Shown piece by piece: positions 40,161-54,890 of a stretch of DNA of 64,000 bases. The notes under the pieces were generated by a model. The model was given only the letters and a program-made list of their open reading frames with translations, was not told where the DNA came from and did not search any database. The stretch lies in NCBI GenBank assembly GCA_002633005.1, contig NMRA01000860.1:53432-117431 (forward strand), read 5' to 3'. A program made the position numbers and the translations under genes. Source of the stretch: Phoronis australis (lineage: Eukaryota > Animalia > Phoronida). How positions within the stretch are numbered: position 1 is the first letter of the stretch; every line of letters begins with the position of its first letter.

Positions 40161-43100
40161 TCACTCTGCGCGTGTAAGCGCAAAGTACGGTTCTTCCTGG
40201 GTTTTCTTCTATTTTATTACTCTGCGCCTGTAAGCGCAGAGTACTGTTGTTCCTGGGTTTTCTTCAATTTTATTCTTATTCTTCTTATTCATATTCTTAT
40301 TACTCTGCGCGTGTAAGCGCAGAGTACTGTTGTTCCTGCGTTTTCTTCAATTTTATTCTTATTACTCTGCGCGTGTAAGCGCAGAGTACTGTTGTTCCTG
40401 GGTTTTCTTCAATTTTATTCTTCTTATTCTTATTACTCTGCGCGTGTAAGCGGAGAGTACTGTTGTTCCTGGGTTTTCTTCAATTTTATTCTTCTTATTC
40501 TTATTCTTCTTATTCTTATTCTTATTCTTCTTCCGACCAACTTTGAGGCTTAATAACTCCAAATTGGGTTCAGGTACGGTCTTTAAATTTAGCATATGAC
40601 TTTTGACAGTATATAAATTTTGATTGGTTATATAATCATATTCCATGTTGCACCGGAAGAGGTCGTTTGGTGGAAAGGTCATATAATTTTCAAAATGCTA
40701 CTCCTCCTTCAGTTTTAAAGCTATTTTTTTCAAATTCGGTGCACAGGTATAAGTCAACATGACAATTTAAAAAATTACTTTTCTAAGTAATCGGGTCATC
40801 CAATCAGGTGAAATAGGTCAAAGGTCATTAGGTGCAAACTAAAATTTTGAGCTAGACACTTCAAATTGACAGGTCTGATTGTCACAGGAAAATCAAATCG
40901 GAATCCCAAGTTTCAGGTCACTTAGTGCAAACATGGGGTCATTAGGTGCATTTTTCTTCTGAAAATTTGACCTTTTCAATCAGCAAGTATTGTAATGTGT
41001 CAACCGTTAGACAACTGTGATTCTCAGCATTAAACACATTTTCCATGGGCTTTGCAATAATTCTCCTAAAGATGCATAAATGCACCGGATAAGGTCAATT
41101 AGTGCAAAGGTCATGTAACGTTCAAAATGTTATATCTCTTACGCTTTTCAAGGAATTCTTTTCAATTTCAGCACACTGGTGTAAGTCAACATGACAATTT
41201 AAAAAATTACTTTTCTAAGTAATCGCGTCATCCAATCAAGTGAAATAAGCCAAAGGTCATTAGGTGCAAACTAAAATTTTAAGCGAGACACTTCAAATTG
41301 GCAGGTCTGATTGCCACTGGTAAATCAAATCGGAGTGCAAAGTTTCAGGTCATTTAGTGCAAACATGAGGTCATTAGGTGCATTTTTCTTCTGAAAATTT
41401 GACCCTTTCAATCAGCAAGTATTCTGATGTGTCAACCGTTAGACAACTGTGATTCTCAGCGTTAAACACATTTTCCATGAGCTTTGCGATAATTCACCTA
41501 AAGATTCTTAAAATGCACCAGGTAAGGTCAATTAGTGCAAAGGTCATGTAACTTTCAATATGTTATATGTCTTACGTTTTTCAAGGAATTCTTTTCAATT
41601 TCAGCACACTGGTGTAAGTCAACATGCCAAGTGAATACCCCACTTTACTTTGCAACAGGCCTAACCAATCAGAAAAAATAGGTCAAAGGTCATTGGGTGC
41701 AAACTAAAATTTTGAGTTAGAGACTTCAGAATTACTTATCTATTTACTAAGTGCGATTGAGTTTGAATTCTAAATTTTCAGGTCATTTGGTGCACCCATG
41801 GGGTCATTAGGTGCATTTTTCTTCTGGAAATTTGACCACTTCATTCATCTTGTATTCTGAAGTGCTTAAAGTAAAACATCTGGGATTATTAGAATTAACC
41901 ACACTTTTAATCGAGTTAGCAATTACTCCCTCATCGGGGCTCATAATGCACCGGAATAGGTCAATTAGTGGAAAGGTCATCAAAAAATTAATATGTAATT
42001 TCTCCTACAATTTTAAAGAATTCCTTTTCATATTGGTAAACGGGATGCTGTCAGTAACTTCCCATAATATTTCCAGTAATACACACGCACAGAGTCCGTT
42101 ATTGACACGCCGTGACAATAATCTTTCTAGTTCTTATTCTTATTCTTCTTCCGACCAACTTTGAGGCTTAATAACTCCAAATTGGGTGCAGGTACGGTCT
42201 TTAAATTCAGCATATGACTTTTGACAGTATATAAATTTTGATTGGTTACATAATCATATTCCATATTGCACCGGAAGAGGTCGTTTGGTGCAAAGGTCAT
42301 GCAATTTTCAAAATGCTACTCCTCCTTCAGTTTTTAAGCTATCTTTTTCAAATTCGGTGCACAGCTATAAGTCAACATGACAATTTAAAAAATTACTTTT
42401 CTAAGTAATCGGGTCATCCAATCAGGTGAAATAGGTCAAAGGTCATTAGGTACAAACTAAAATTTTGAGCTAGACACTTCAAATTGACAGGTCTGATTGC
42501 CACAGGTAAATCAAATCAGAATCTAAATTTTCAGGTCATTTAGTGCAAAAATGAGGTCATTAGGTGCATTTTTCTTCTGAAAATTTGACCTTTTCAATCA
42601 GCGAGTATTCTGATGTGTCAACCGTTAGACAACTGTGATTCTCAGCGTTAACCACATTTTCCATAGGCTTTGCAATAATTCACCTAAAGATGCTTAAAAT
42701 GCACCGGGTAAGGTCAATTAGTGCAAAGGTCATGTAACGTTCAAAATGTTATGTCTCTTACGTTTTTCAAGGAATTCTTTTCAATTTCAGCACACTGGTC
42801 TAAGTCAACATGCCAATTGAATACCCTACTTTACTTTACAATAGGCCTAACCAATCAGAAAATATAGGTCAAAAGCCATTGAGTGAAAACTAAAATATTG
42901 AGCTAGAGACTTCAGAATTGCGTATCTGTTTACTAAGTGCGATTGAGTTTGATTTCTAACTTTTCAGGTCATTTGGTGCACCCATGGGGTCATTAGGTGC
43001 ATTTTTCTTATGAAAGTTTGACCACTTCATACATCTTGTATTCAAGAGTACTTAACGTAAAACATCTGTGATTATTAGCATTAACCACACTTTTTATCGA

Positions 43101-46100
43101 GTTAACAATTACTTCCTCATCGGGGGTCATAATGCACCGGAAGAGGTCAATTAGTGGAAAGGTCATCAAAAAATTAATATGTAATTTCTTCTACAATTTT
43201 AAAGAATTCCTTTTCATATTGGTAAACGGGTTGCTGTCAGTAACTTCCCATAATAATTCCAGTACTACGCACGCGCAGAGTCCGTTATTGTCACGCCGTG
43301 ACAATAATCTTTCTAGTTCTTCTTATTCTTATTCTTATTCTTCTTCCGACCAACTTTGAGGCTTAATAACTCCACATTGGGTGCAGGTACGGTCTTTAAA
43401 TTCAGCATATGAATTTTGACAGTATTTAAATTTTGATTGGTTATATAATCATATTTCATATTGCACCGGAAGAGGTCGTTTGGTGCAAAGGTCATATAAT
43501 TTTCAAAATGCTACCCCTCCTTCAGTTTTAAAGCTATCGTTTTCAAATTCGGTACACAGGTATAAGTCAACATGACAATTTAAAAAATTACTTTTCTAAG
43601 TAATCGGGTCATCCAATCAGGTGAAATAGGTCAAAGGTCATTAGGTGCAAACTAAAATTTTGAGCTAGACACTTCAAATTAACAGGTCTGATTGGCACAT
43701 GTAAATCAAATCGGAATCCAAAGTTTCAGGTCATTTAGTGCAAACATGGGGTCATTAGGTGCATTTTTCTTCTGAAAATTTGACCTTTTCAATCAGCAAG
43801 TATTCAGATGTGTCAACCGTCAGACAACTGTGATTCTCAGCATAAAACACATTTTTCATGGGCTTTGCATTAATTCTCCTAAAGACGCTTATAATGAACC
43901 GGATAGGGTCAATTAATGCAAAGGTCATGTAACGTTCAAAATGTTATATCTCTTACGTTTTTCAAGGAATTCTTTTAAATTTCAGCACACTTGGGTAAGT
44001 CAACATGCCAATTGAATACCCTACTTTACTTCGCAATAGGCCTAACCAATCAGAAAAAATAGGTCACAGGTCATTCAGTGCAAACTAAATTTTTGAGCTA
44101 GAGACTTCAGAATTACGTATCTGTTTACTAAGTGCGATTGAGTTTGAATTCTAAATTTTCATGTCAATTGGTGCACCCATGGGGTCATTAGGTGCATTTT
44201 TCTTCTGAAAGTTTGACCAATTCATTCATCTTGTATTCAGAAGTGCTTAAAGTAAAACATCTTTGATTATTAACATTAACCACACTTTTAATCGAGTTAA
44301 CAATTACTCCCTTATTGGGGCTCATAATGCATTGGAAAAGGTCATTTAGTGGAAAGGTCATCAAAAATTTAATATGTAATTTCTGATACAATTTTAAAGA
44401 ATTCCTTTTCATATTGGTAAACGGGTTGCTGTCAGTAACTTCCCATAACAATTCCAGTAATACGCACGCGCAGAGTCCGTTATTGTCACGCCGTGACAAT
44501 AATCTTTCTAGTTACTCTGCGCGTGTAAGCGCAGAGTACTGTTGTTCCTGGGTTTTCTTCAATTTTATTCTTATTCTTCTTATTCTTATTCTTATTCTTC
44601 TTATTCTTCTTCCGACCAACTTTGAGGCTTAATAACTGCAAATTGGGTGCAGGTACGGTCTTTAAATTCAGCATATGACTTTTGACAGTATATAAATTTT
44701 GATTGGTTATATAATCATACTCCATATTGCACCGGAAGGGGTCATTTGGTCCAAAGGTCATATAATTTTCAAAATGCTACTCCTTCAGTTTTAAAGCTAT
44801 CTTTTTCAAATTCGGTGCACAGGTCAAGGTCAACATGACAATTTAAAAATTACTGTAATCGGGTCATCCAATCAGGTGAAACAGGTCAAAGGCCATTAGG
44901 TGCAAACTAAAATTTTGAGCTAGACACTTCAAATTAACAGTTCTGATTGCCACAGTTAAATCAAATCGGAATCCAAAGTTTCAGGTCATTTAGTGCAAAC
45001 ATGGGGTCATTAGGTGCATTTTTCTTCTGAAAATTTGACCTTTTCCATCAGCAAGTATTCTGATGTGTCAACCGTTAGACAACTGTGATTCTCAAAGTTA
45101 AACATATTTTCCATGGGCTTTGCAATAATTCTCCTTGAAACGCTTATAATGCACCGGATGAGGTCAATTAGTGCAAAGGTCATGTAACGTTCAAAATGTT
45201 GTATCTCTTATGTTTTTCAAGGAATTCTTTTCAATTTCAGCACACTGGTGTAAGTCAACATGCCAATTGAATACCCTACTTTACTGCGCAATACGCCTAA
45301 CCAATCAGAAAAAAATAGGTCAAAGGTCATTGAGTCCAAACTAAAATTTTGAGCTAAAGACTTCAGAATTACCTATCTGTTTACTAAGTGCGATTGATTT
45401 TTAATTCTAAATTTTCAGGTAATTTGGTGCACCCATGGGGTCATTAGGTGCAATTTTCGTCTGAAAGTTTGACCACTTCTTTCATCTTGTATTCTGAAGT
45501 GTTTAAAGTAAAACATCTGTGATTATTAGCATTAATCACACTTTTAATCGAGTTAACAATTACTCCCTCATCGGGGCTCATTATGCACCGGAAGAGGTCA
45601 ATTAGTGGAAAGGTCATCAAAAAATTAATATGTAATTTCTCCTACAACTTTAAAGAATTCCTTTTCACATTGGTAAACCGCTTGCTGTCAGTAACTTCCC
45701 GTAATAATTCCAGTAATACGCACGCGCAGAGTCCGTTATTGTCACGCCGTGACAATAATCTTTCTAGTTACTCTGCGCGTGTAAGCGCAGAGTACTGTTG
45801 TTCCTGGGTTTTCTTCAATTTTATTCTTCTTATTCTTCTTATTCTTATTCTTATTCTTCTTCCGACCAAGTTTGAGGCTTAATAACTCCAAATTGGGTGC
45901 AGGTACGGTCTTTAAATTCAGCATATGACTTCTGATTGTATATAAATTTTGATTGGTTATGCAATCATATTCCATATTGCACCGGAAGAGGTCGTTTGGT
46001 GCAAAGGCCATACAATTTTCAAAATGCTACTCCTCCTTCAGTTTTAAAGCTATCTTTTTCAGTTTCGGTTCACAGGTAAAGGTCAACATGACAATTTAAA

Positions 46101-49100
46101 AAATTACTTTTCTAAGTAATCGGGTCATCCAATCAGGTGAAATAGGTCAAATGTCATTAGGTGCAAACTGAAATTTTGAGCTAGACACTTCAAATTGACA
46201 GGTCTGATTTTCCAAAAGTAAATCAAATCGGAGTTCAAAGTTTCAGGTCATTTAGTGCAAACATGGGGTCATTAGGTGCATTTTTCTTCTGAAAATTTGA
46301 CCTTTTCAATCAGCAAGTACTCTGATGTGTCAACCGTTAGACAACTGTGATTCTCAGCATTAAACACATTTTTGATGGGCTTTGCAATAATTCTCCTCAA
46401 GACGCTTATAATGCACCGGATAGGGTCAATTAGTGCAAAGGTCATATAACGTTCAAAATGTTATATCTCTTAGGTTTTTCAAGGAATTCTTTTCAATTTC
46501 AGCACACTGGTGTAAGTCAACATGACAATTTAAAAAATTACTTTTCTAAGTAATCGGGTTATCCAATCAGGTGAAACAGGTCAAAGGTCATCAGGTGCAA
46601 ACTAAAATTTTAAGCGAGACACTTCAAATTGGCAGGTCTGATTGCCACAGATAAACCAAATCGGAATCCAAAGTTTCAGGTCATTTAGTTCAAACATGGG
46701 GTCATTAGGTGCATTTTTCTTCTGAAAATTTGACCTTTTCAATCAGCAAGTATTCTGATGTGTCAACCGTTAAACAACTGTGATTTCTCAGCATTAAACA
46801 CATTTTTGATGGGCTTTGCAATAATTCTCCTAAAGACGCTTATAATGCACCGGATAGGGTCAATTAGTGCAAAGGTCATATAACGTTCAAAATGTTATAT
46901 CTCTTACGTTTTTCAAGGAATTCTTTTCAATTTCAGCACACTGGTGTAAGTCAACATGCCAATTGATTACCCTACTTTACTTCGCAATAGGCCTAACCAA
47001 TCAGAAAAAATAGGTCAAAGGTCATTGAGTGCAAATTAAAATTTTGAGCTAGAGAATTCAGAATTACGTATCTGTTTACTAAGTGCGATTGAGTTTCAAT
47101 TCTAAATTTTCAGGTCATTTGGTGCACCCATGGGGTCATTAGGTGAATTTTTCGTCTCAAAGTTTGACCAATTTATTCATCTTGTATTCTGAAGTGCTTA
47201 AAGTAAAACATTTGTGATTTTTAGCATTAACCACACTTTTAATCGAGTTTACAATTATTCTCTTATCGGGGCTCGTAATGCACCGGAAGAGGTCAATTAG
47301 TGAAAAGGTCATCAAAATATTAAAATGTAATTTCTCCTACAATTTTAAAGAATTAATTTTCATATTGGTAAACGGGTTGCTGTCAGTAACTTCCCATAAC
47401 AATTCCTTTAATACGCACGCGCAGAGTCCATTATTGTCACGCCGTGACAATAATCTTTCTAGTTCTTATTCTTCTTATTCTTATTCTTCTTCCGACCAAA
47501 TTTGAGGCTTAATAACTCCAAAATGGGTGCAGGTATGGTCTTTAAATTCAGCATATGACTTTTGACAGTATATAAATTTTGAGTGGTTATATAATCATAT
47601 TCCATATTGCACCGAAAGAGGTCGTTTGATGCAAAGGTCATATAATTTTAAAAATGCTACTCCTCCTTCAGTTTTTAAGCTATCTTATTCAAATTCAGTG
47701 CACAGGTATAAGTCAACATGACAATTAAAAAATTACTTTTCTAAGTAATCGGGTCATCCAATCAGGTGAAATAGGTCAAAGTTCATTAGGTGCAAACTAA
47801 AATTTTGAGCTAGACACTTCAAATTGACAGGTCTGATTACCACAGGTAAATCAAATCGGAATCCCAAGTTTTAGGTCATTTAGTGCAAGCCTGGGGTCAT
47901 TAGGTGCATTTTTCTTCTGAAAATTTTACCTTTTCAATCAGCAAGTGTTGTGATGTGTCAACCGTTAGACAACTGTGATTCTCAGCGTTAAACACATTTT
48001 CCATGGGCTTTGCAATAATTCTCCTCAAGATGCTTAAAATGCACCGGATAAGGTCAATTAGTGCAAAGGTCATGTAAAGTTCAAAATGTTATATCTCTTA
48101 CGTTTTTCAAGGAATTCTTTTCAATTTCAGCACACTGGTGTAAGTCAACATGCCAAGTGAATACCTTACTTTACTTCGCAATAAGCCTAACCAATCAAAA
48201 AATAGGTCAAAGGTCATTGAGTGCAAACTCAAATTTTGAGCTAGAGACTTCAGAATTAGGTATCTGTTTACTACGTGCGATTGAGTTCACATTCTAAATT
48301 TCCAGGTCATTTAGTGCACCCATGGGGTCATTAGGTGCATTTTTCTTCTGAAAGTTTGACCACTTCATTTATCTTGTATTCTGAAGTGCTTAAAGTAAAA
48401 CATCTGTGATTATTAGCATTAACCACACTTTTAATCGAGTTAACAATTACTCCCTCATCGGGCTCATAATGCACCGGAAGAGGTCAATAAGTGGAAAGGT
48501 CATCAAAAAATTAATATGTAATTTCTCCTACAATTTTAAAGAATTCCTTTTCATATTGGTAAACGGGTTGCTGTCAGTAACTTCCCATAATAATTCCAGT
48601 AATACGCACGCGCAGAGTCTGTTATTGTCACGCCGTGACAATAATCTTTCTAGTTCTTATTCTTATTCTTCTTATTCTTCTTCCGACCAACTTTGAGACT
48701 TAATAACTCTAAATTGGGAGCAGGTACGGTCTTTAAATTCAGCATATGACTTTTGGCAGTATATAAATTTTGATTGGTTATATAGTCATTTTCCATATTG
48801 CACCGGAAGAGGTCGTTTGGTGCAAAGGTCATATCATTTTAAAAATGCTACTCCTCCTTCAGTTTTAAAGCTATCTTTTTCAAGTTCGGTACACCTTTAT
48901 AAGTCTACATGGCAATTTAAAAAATACTTTTCTAAGCAAATGGGTTATCCAATCAGGTTAAACAGGTCAAAGGTCATTAGGTGAAAACTAAAATTTTGAG
49001 CTAGACACTTCAAATTCACAGTTCTGATTGGCACAGACAATTCAATTTGGAATCCAAAGTTTCAGGTCATTTAGTGTAAACATGGGGTCATTAGGTGCAT

Positions 49101-52100
49101 TTTTCTTCTGAAAATTTGACCTTTTCATTTTCCAAGTGCACTGATGTGTCAACCGTTAGACAACTGTGATTCTCAGCATTAAACACATTTTTCATGGGCT
49201 TTGCAATAATTCTCCTAAAGACGCTTATAATGCACCGGATAGGGTCAATTAGTGCAAAGGTCAGTTAACGTTCAAAATGTTAAATCTCTTACGTTTTTCA
49301 AGGAATTCTTTTCAATTTCAGCACACTAGTGTATGTCAACATGCCAATTGAACAACCTACTTAACTACGCTATAGGCCTAACCAATCAGAAAAAATAGGT
49401 CAAAGGTCATTGTGTGCAAAATTAAAATTTTGAGCTAGAGACTTCAAAATTACATATCTGTTTACTAAACGCGATTGAGTTTGAATTCTAAATGTTTGGG
49501 TCATTTGGTGCATCCATGGGGTCATTAGGTGCATTTTTCTTCTGAAAGTTTGACCAATTCATTCATGTTGTATTCTTAAGTGCTTAAAGCAAAACACCTG
49601 TGATTCTTAGCATTAGCTATACTTTAAATTGGTTGTACAATTATTCCCTCACTGGGGTTCATAATGCACCGGAAGATGTCAGTTAGTGGAAAGGTCATCA
49701 AAACATTAACATGAAATTACTCCTACAATTTTAAAAAAATTCTTTTCATATTGGTAAACGGGGTTGCTGTCAGTAACTTCCCATTACAATTCCTTTAATA
49801 CGCACGCGCAGAGTCCATTATTGTCACGCCGTGACAATAATCTTTCTTGTTACTCTGCGCGTGTAAGCGCAGAGTACTGTTGTTCCTGGGTTTTCTTCAA
49901 TTTTATTCTTATTCTTATTCTTCTTATTCTTATTCTTCTTATTCTTCTTCCGACCAACTTTGAGGCTTAATAACTCCAAATTGGGTGCAGGTACGGTCTT
50001 TAAATTCAGCATATGACTTTTGAAGGTATATATATTTTGATTGGTTATATAATCATATTCCATATTGCACCGGAAGAGGTCGTTTGGTGCAAATGTCATA
50101 TAATTTTCAAAATGCTACTCCTCCTTCAGTTTTAAAGCTATCTTTTTCAAATTCGGTGCACAGGTCAACATGACAATTTAAAAAAATACTTTTCTAAGTA
50201 ATCGGGTCATCCAATCACGTGAAATAGATCAAAGGTCATTAGGTGCAAACTAAAATTTTGAGCTAGACACTTCAAATTGACAGGTCTGATTGCCACAGGT
50301 AAGTCAAATCGGAATCCAAAATTTCAGGTCATTTAGTGCAAACATGGGGTCATTAGGTGCATTTTTCTTGTGAAAATTTGACCTTTTCAATCAACAAGTA
50401 TTCTGATGTGTCAACCGTTAGACAACTGTGATTCTCAGTGTTAAACACATTTTCCATGGGCTTTGCAATAATCCTCCTATTGATGCTTAAAATGCACCGG
50501 AAAAGGTCAATTAGTGCAAAGGTCATGTAACGTTCAAAATGTTATATGTCTTACATTTTTCAAGGAATTCTTTTCAATTTCAGCACACTGGTGTAAGTCA
50601 ACACGCCAATTGAATACCCCACTTTACTTTGCAATAGGCCTAACCAATCAGAAAAAAATAGGTCAAAGGTCATTGAGTGCAAACTAAAATTTCGAGCTAG
50701 GGACTTCAGAATTACGTATCTGTTTACTAAGTGCGATTGAGTTTGAGTTCTAAATTTTCAGGTCATTTGGTGCACCCATGGGGTCATTAGGTGCATTTTT
50801 GTTCTGAAAGTTTGACCACTTCATTCATCTTGTATTCTGAAGTGCTTAAAGTAAAACATATGTGATTATTAGAATTAACCACACTTTTGATCGAGTTAAA
50901 GATTACTCCCTCATCGGGGCTCATAATGCACCGGAAGAGGTCAATTAGTGGAAAGGTCACCAAAAAATTAATATGTAATTTCCACAATTTTAAAGAATTC
51001 CTTTTCATATTGGTAAACGGGTTGCTGTCAGTAACTTCCCATAATAATTCCAATAATACGCACGCGCAGAGTCCGTTATTGTCACGCCGTGACAATAATC
51101 TTTCTAGTTCTTATTCTTATTCTTCTTATTCTTCTTCCGACCAACTTTGAGGCTTAATAACTCCAAATTGGGTGCAGGTACGGTCTTTAAATTCAGCAAA
51201 TGAATTTTGACGGTATATTAATTTTAAATGGTTATATAATCATATTCCATATTGCACCGGAAGAGGTCGTTTGGTGCAAATGTCATATAATTTTCAAAAT
51301 GCTACTCCTTCAGTTTTAAAGCTATCTTTTTCAAATTCGGTGCAGAGGTATAAGTCAACATGACAATTTAAAAAATTACTTTTCTAAGTAATCGGGTCAT
51401 TCAATCAGGTGAAATAGGTCAAAGGTCATTAGGTGCAAACTAAAATTTTGAGCTAGACACTTCAAATTGACAGGTCTGATTGCCACAGGTAAATCAAATC
51501 AGAATCAAAAGTTTCAGGTCATTTAGCGGAAACATGGGGTCATTAGGTGCATTTAACTTCTGAAAATTTGACCTTTTCAATCAGCAAGTTTTCTGATGTG
51601 TTAACCGTTAGACAACTGTGATTCTCAGAGCTAAACACATTTTCCGTGGGCTTTGCAATAATTCTCCTAAAGATTCTTAAAATGCACCGGATAAGGTCAA
51701 TTAGTGCAAAGGTCATGTAATGTTCAAAATGTTATATCTCTTACGTTTTTCAAGGAATTCTTTTCAATTTCAGAACCCGGGTATAATTCAACATGACAAT
51801 TTAAAAAATTACTTTTCTAAGCAATTGGGTCATCGAATCAGGTTAAACAGGTCAAAGGTCATTAGGTGTAAACTAAAATTTTGAGCTAGACACTTCAAAT
51901 TCACAGTTCTGATTGGCGCAGACAATTCAATTTGGAATCCAAAGTTTCAGGTCATTTAGTGCAAACATGGGGTCATTAGGTGCATTTTTCTTCTGAAAAT
52001 TTGACCTTTTCTTTCTCCAAGTACACTGATGTGTCAACCGTTAGACAGCATTAGACACATTTTTCATGGGCTTTGCAATAATTCTCCTAAAGACGCTTAT

Positions 52101-53915
52101 AATGCACCGGATAGGGTCAATTAGTGGAAAGGTCAGTTAACGTTCAAAATGTTAAATCTCTTAAGTTTTTCAATGAATTCTTTTCAATATCAGCACACTA
52201 GTGTATGTCAACATGCCAATTGAACAACCTACTTAACTACGCAATAGGCCTAACCAATCAGAAAAAAATAGGTCAAAGGTCATTGAGTGCAAAATTAAAA
52301 TTTTGAGCTAGAGACTTCAAAATTACATATCTGTTTACTAAACGCGATTGAGTTTGAATTCTAAATTTTTGGGTCATTTGGTGCATCCATGGGGTCATTT
52401 GGTGCATTTTTCTTCTGAAAGTTTGACCAATTCATTCATGTTGTATTCTTAAGTGCTTAAAGCAAAACACCTGTGATTCTTAGCGTTAACTATACTTTAA
52501 ATTGGTTGTACAATTATTCCCTCACTGGGGTTCATAATGCACCGGAAGAGGTCAGTTAGTGGAAAGGTCATCAAACATTAATATGAAATTACTCCTACAA
52601 ATTAAAAGAATTTCTTTTCATATTTGTAAACGGGTTGCTGTCAGTAACTTCCCATAACAATCCCTTTAATACGCACGCGCAGAGTCCATTATTGTCACGC
52701 CGTGACAATAATCTTTATAGTTCTTCTTATTCTTATTCTTATTCTTCTTCCGACCAATTTTGAGGCTTACTAACTCCAAATTGGGTGCAGGTACGTTCAT
52801 TAAATTCAGCATATAACTTTTGACAGTACATAAAGTTTGATTGGTTATATAATCATATTCCATAATGCACCGGAAGAGGTCGTTTGGTGCAAAGGTCATA
52901 TAATTTTCAAAATGCTACTCCTCCTTCAGTTTTAAAGCTATCTTTTTCAAATTCGGTGCACACGTATAAGTCAACATGACAATTTATAATATCACTTTTC
53001 TAAGTAATCGGGTCATCCAATCAGGTGAAATTGGTCAAAGGTCTTTAGGTGCAAACTAAAATTTTAGCTAGACCCTTAAAATTGACAGGTCTGATTGCCA
53101 CAGGTAAATGAAATCGGAATCGAAAGTTTCAGGTCATTTAGTGCAAACATGGGGTCATTAGGTGCATTTTTCTTCTGAAAATTTGACCTTTTCAATCAGC
53201 AAGTATTCTGATGTGTCAACCGTTAGACAACTGTGATTCTCAGCGTTAAACACATTTTCCATGGGCTTTGCAATAATTTTCCTAAAGATGCTTAAAATGC
53301 ACCGGATAATCTCAATTAGTGCAAAGGTCATGTAACGTTCAAAATGTCATAATTCTTACGTTTTTCAAGGAATTCTTTTCAATTTCAGCACACTGGTGTA
53401 AGTCAACATGCCAATTGAATACCCTACTTTACTTCGCAATAGGCCTAACCAATCAGAAAAATAGGTCAAATGTCACTGAGTGCAAACTAAAATTTTGAGC
53501 TAGAGACTTCAGAATTACGTATCTGTTTACTAAGGGCGATTGAGTTTGAATTCTAAATTTTCAGGTCATTTGGTGCACCCATGGGTTCATTAGGTGCATT
53601 TTTCTTGTGAAAATTTGACCAAGTCATTCATCTTGTATTCTGAAGTGCTTATAGTAAAACATCTGTGATTATTAGCATTAACCAGACTTGTAATCGAGTT
53701 AACAATTACTCCCTCATCGGGGCTCATAATGCACCGGAAGAGGTCAATTAGTGGAAAGGTCCTCTAAATATTAACATGTAATTTCTCCTACAATTTTAAG
53801 GAATTAATTTTCATATTGGTAAAGGGGTTGGGGTCAGTAACTTCCCATAACAATTCCAGTAATACGCACGCGCAGAGTCCGTCATTGTCACGCCGTGGCA
53901 ATAATCTTTCTAGTT
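40161..53915 (+). mobile_element. Nested/tandem array of non-autonomous Helentron-type (HINE/DINE-1-like) elements, 10 bodies of ~1.2-1.6 kb
   Basis: 5' head ACTCTGCGCGTGTAAGCGCAGAGT (hairpin/subTIR) plus (TTCTTA/TTC)n microsatellite; 3' end ACGCGCAGAGT (subTIR), palindrome TTATTGTCACGCCGTGACAATAA and CTAG-TT. 3' ends at about 42130, 43316, 44511, 45767, 47462, 48653, 49849, 51107, 52720 and 53913. Confidence 0.85.
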
Positions 53916-54890
53916 GTTACTGTACAACTTTTGCCCTGACGGTCTGTGGAAGGAAAACCCGACATCGCGGCCCCTGACAAGTAGATTTTCAGTTTCGTGG
54001 CTAATTCACATAAATAATTACGTGCACATTATTTCTTTGGCTCACTATTATAATCTTTTCGTGCCTGGAGGTTTAGTTTCCAACTCCAGCTGGTTTGTGT
54101 TCGTGCCAATCCCGGCGACCGCGACGGGCCTGATCGGGTTCCGAGCCACTGGCCGGGATAACAAGCGTTATGTGTGTTTAGAACTCAAAAAATAACAAGT
54201 ATAACAACACAGATCTAGGTTCTCCTGTCTGTATTTCACTCAAGAATACTTGAGTTTACCTCTGAACAAACCCCAAACTCCTCAGTGCTACGGACCTTGG
54301 TAAATTGGCCTGCCGAACTTTGTAGGCTACGGTGTGTCCAAATACCAGTAAATCCGTAATAGCGAAATAAAACAACACGTTTTTGTAAGAACTCGGATTA
54401 TTTTTAATGGTTTTACATCAAAGTGTGATGATTTATTGGTGTTGAACGATGAATTCAAGCAATAAGCTGACACCAGTAACCTGTGTTGCGAACTGCTGAA
54501 CAGACTACGTGTGAAACTAATTACGTCATTGGATAATTTCAACACTTCCGTCTGCCGTCAGATGTCAGGTAACGCAGCCGAACGTGCAGTTCTCGAGTAG
54601 AACTACTCGATATAAATTGATACAAAATATGTTGTTTTTTGGGTGACATTCTCCTTTAAATTTTCTCTCCTGGCGTGTTAAATTTTGGTCCCGCAGTGTT
54701 AAATTTTAGGCGTTGGCGTGATAAATTTAGATTTTGAGTGTTTTTTTGTATTACAAAGTCAAAGTAATATTTTGGGTTGTTTTTAAATCTTGTATAAGAA
54801 TTTGTGCCCTAGATTTTTTCCGAGTTGCTTTCCATAGATTGCTGACTAACAGACTCCTGCCTACTTGCATTTGTCTTTCTTACATTTCAG

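Noticed and set aside
40161-40530. Stacked ~55-bp hairpin repeats with variable spacers resemble a CRISPR array
   Set aside because: Spacers are (TTCTTA)n microsatellite, the context is a eukaryotic intron, there are no cas genes, and the repeats are the 5' ends of the Helentron-type element.
40362-52899. Recurrent short ORFs (MHRKRSISGK.., MTFAPNDLFRC..) as a gene family
   Set aside because: They are translations of the non-coding repeat unit, with inconsistent frames and no domain signature.
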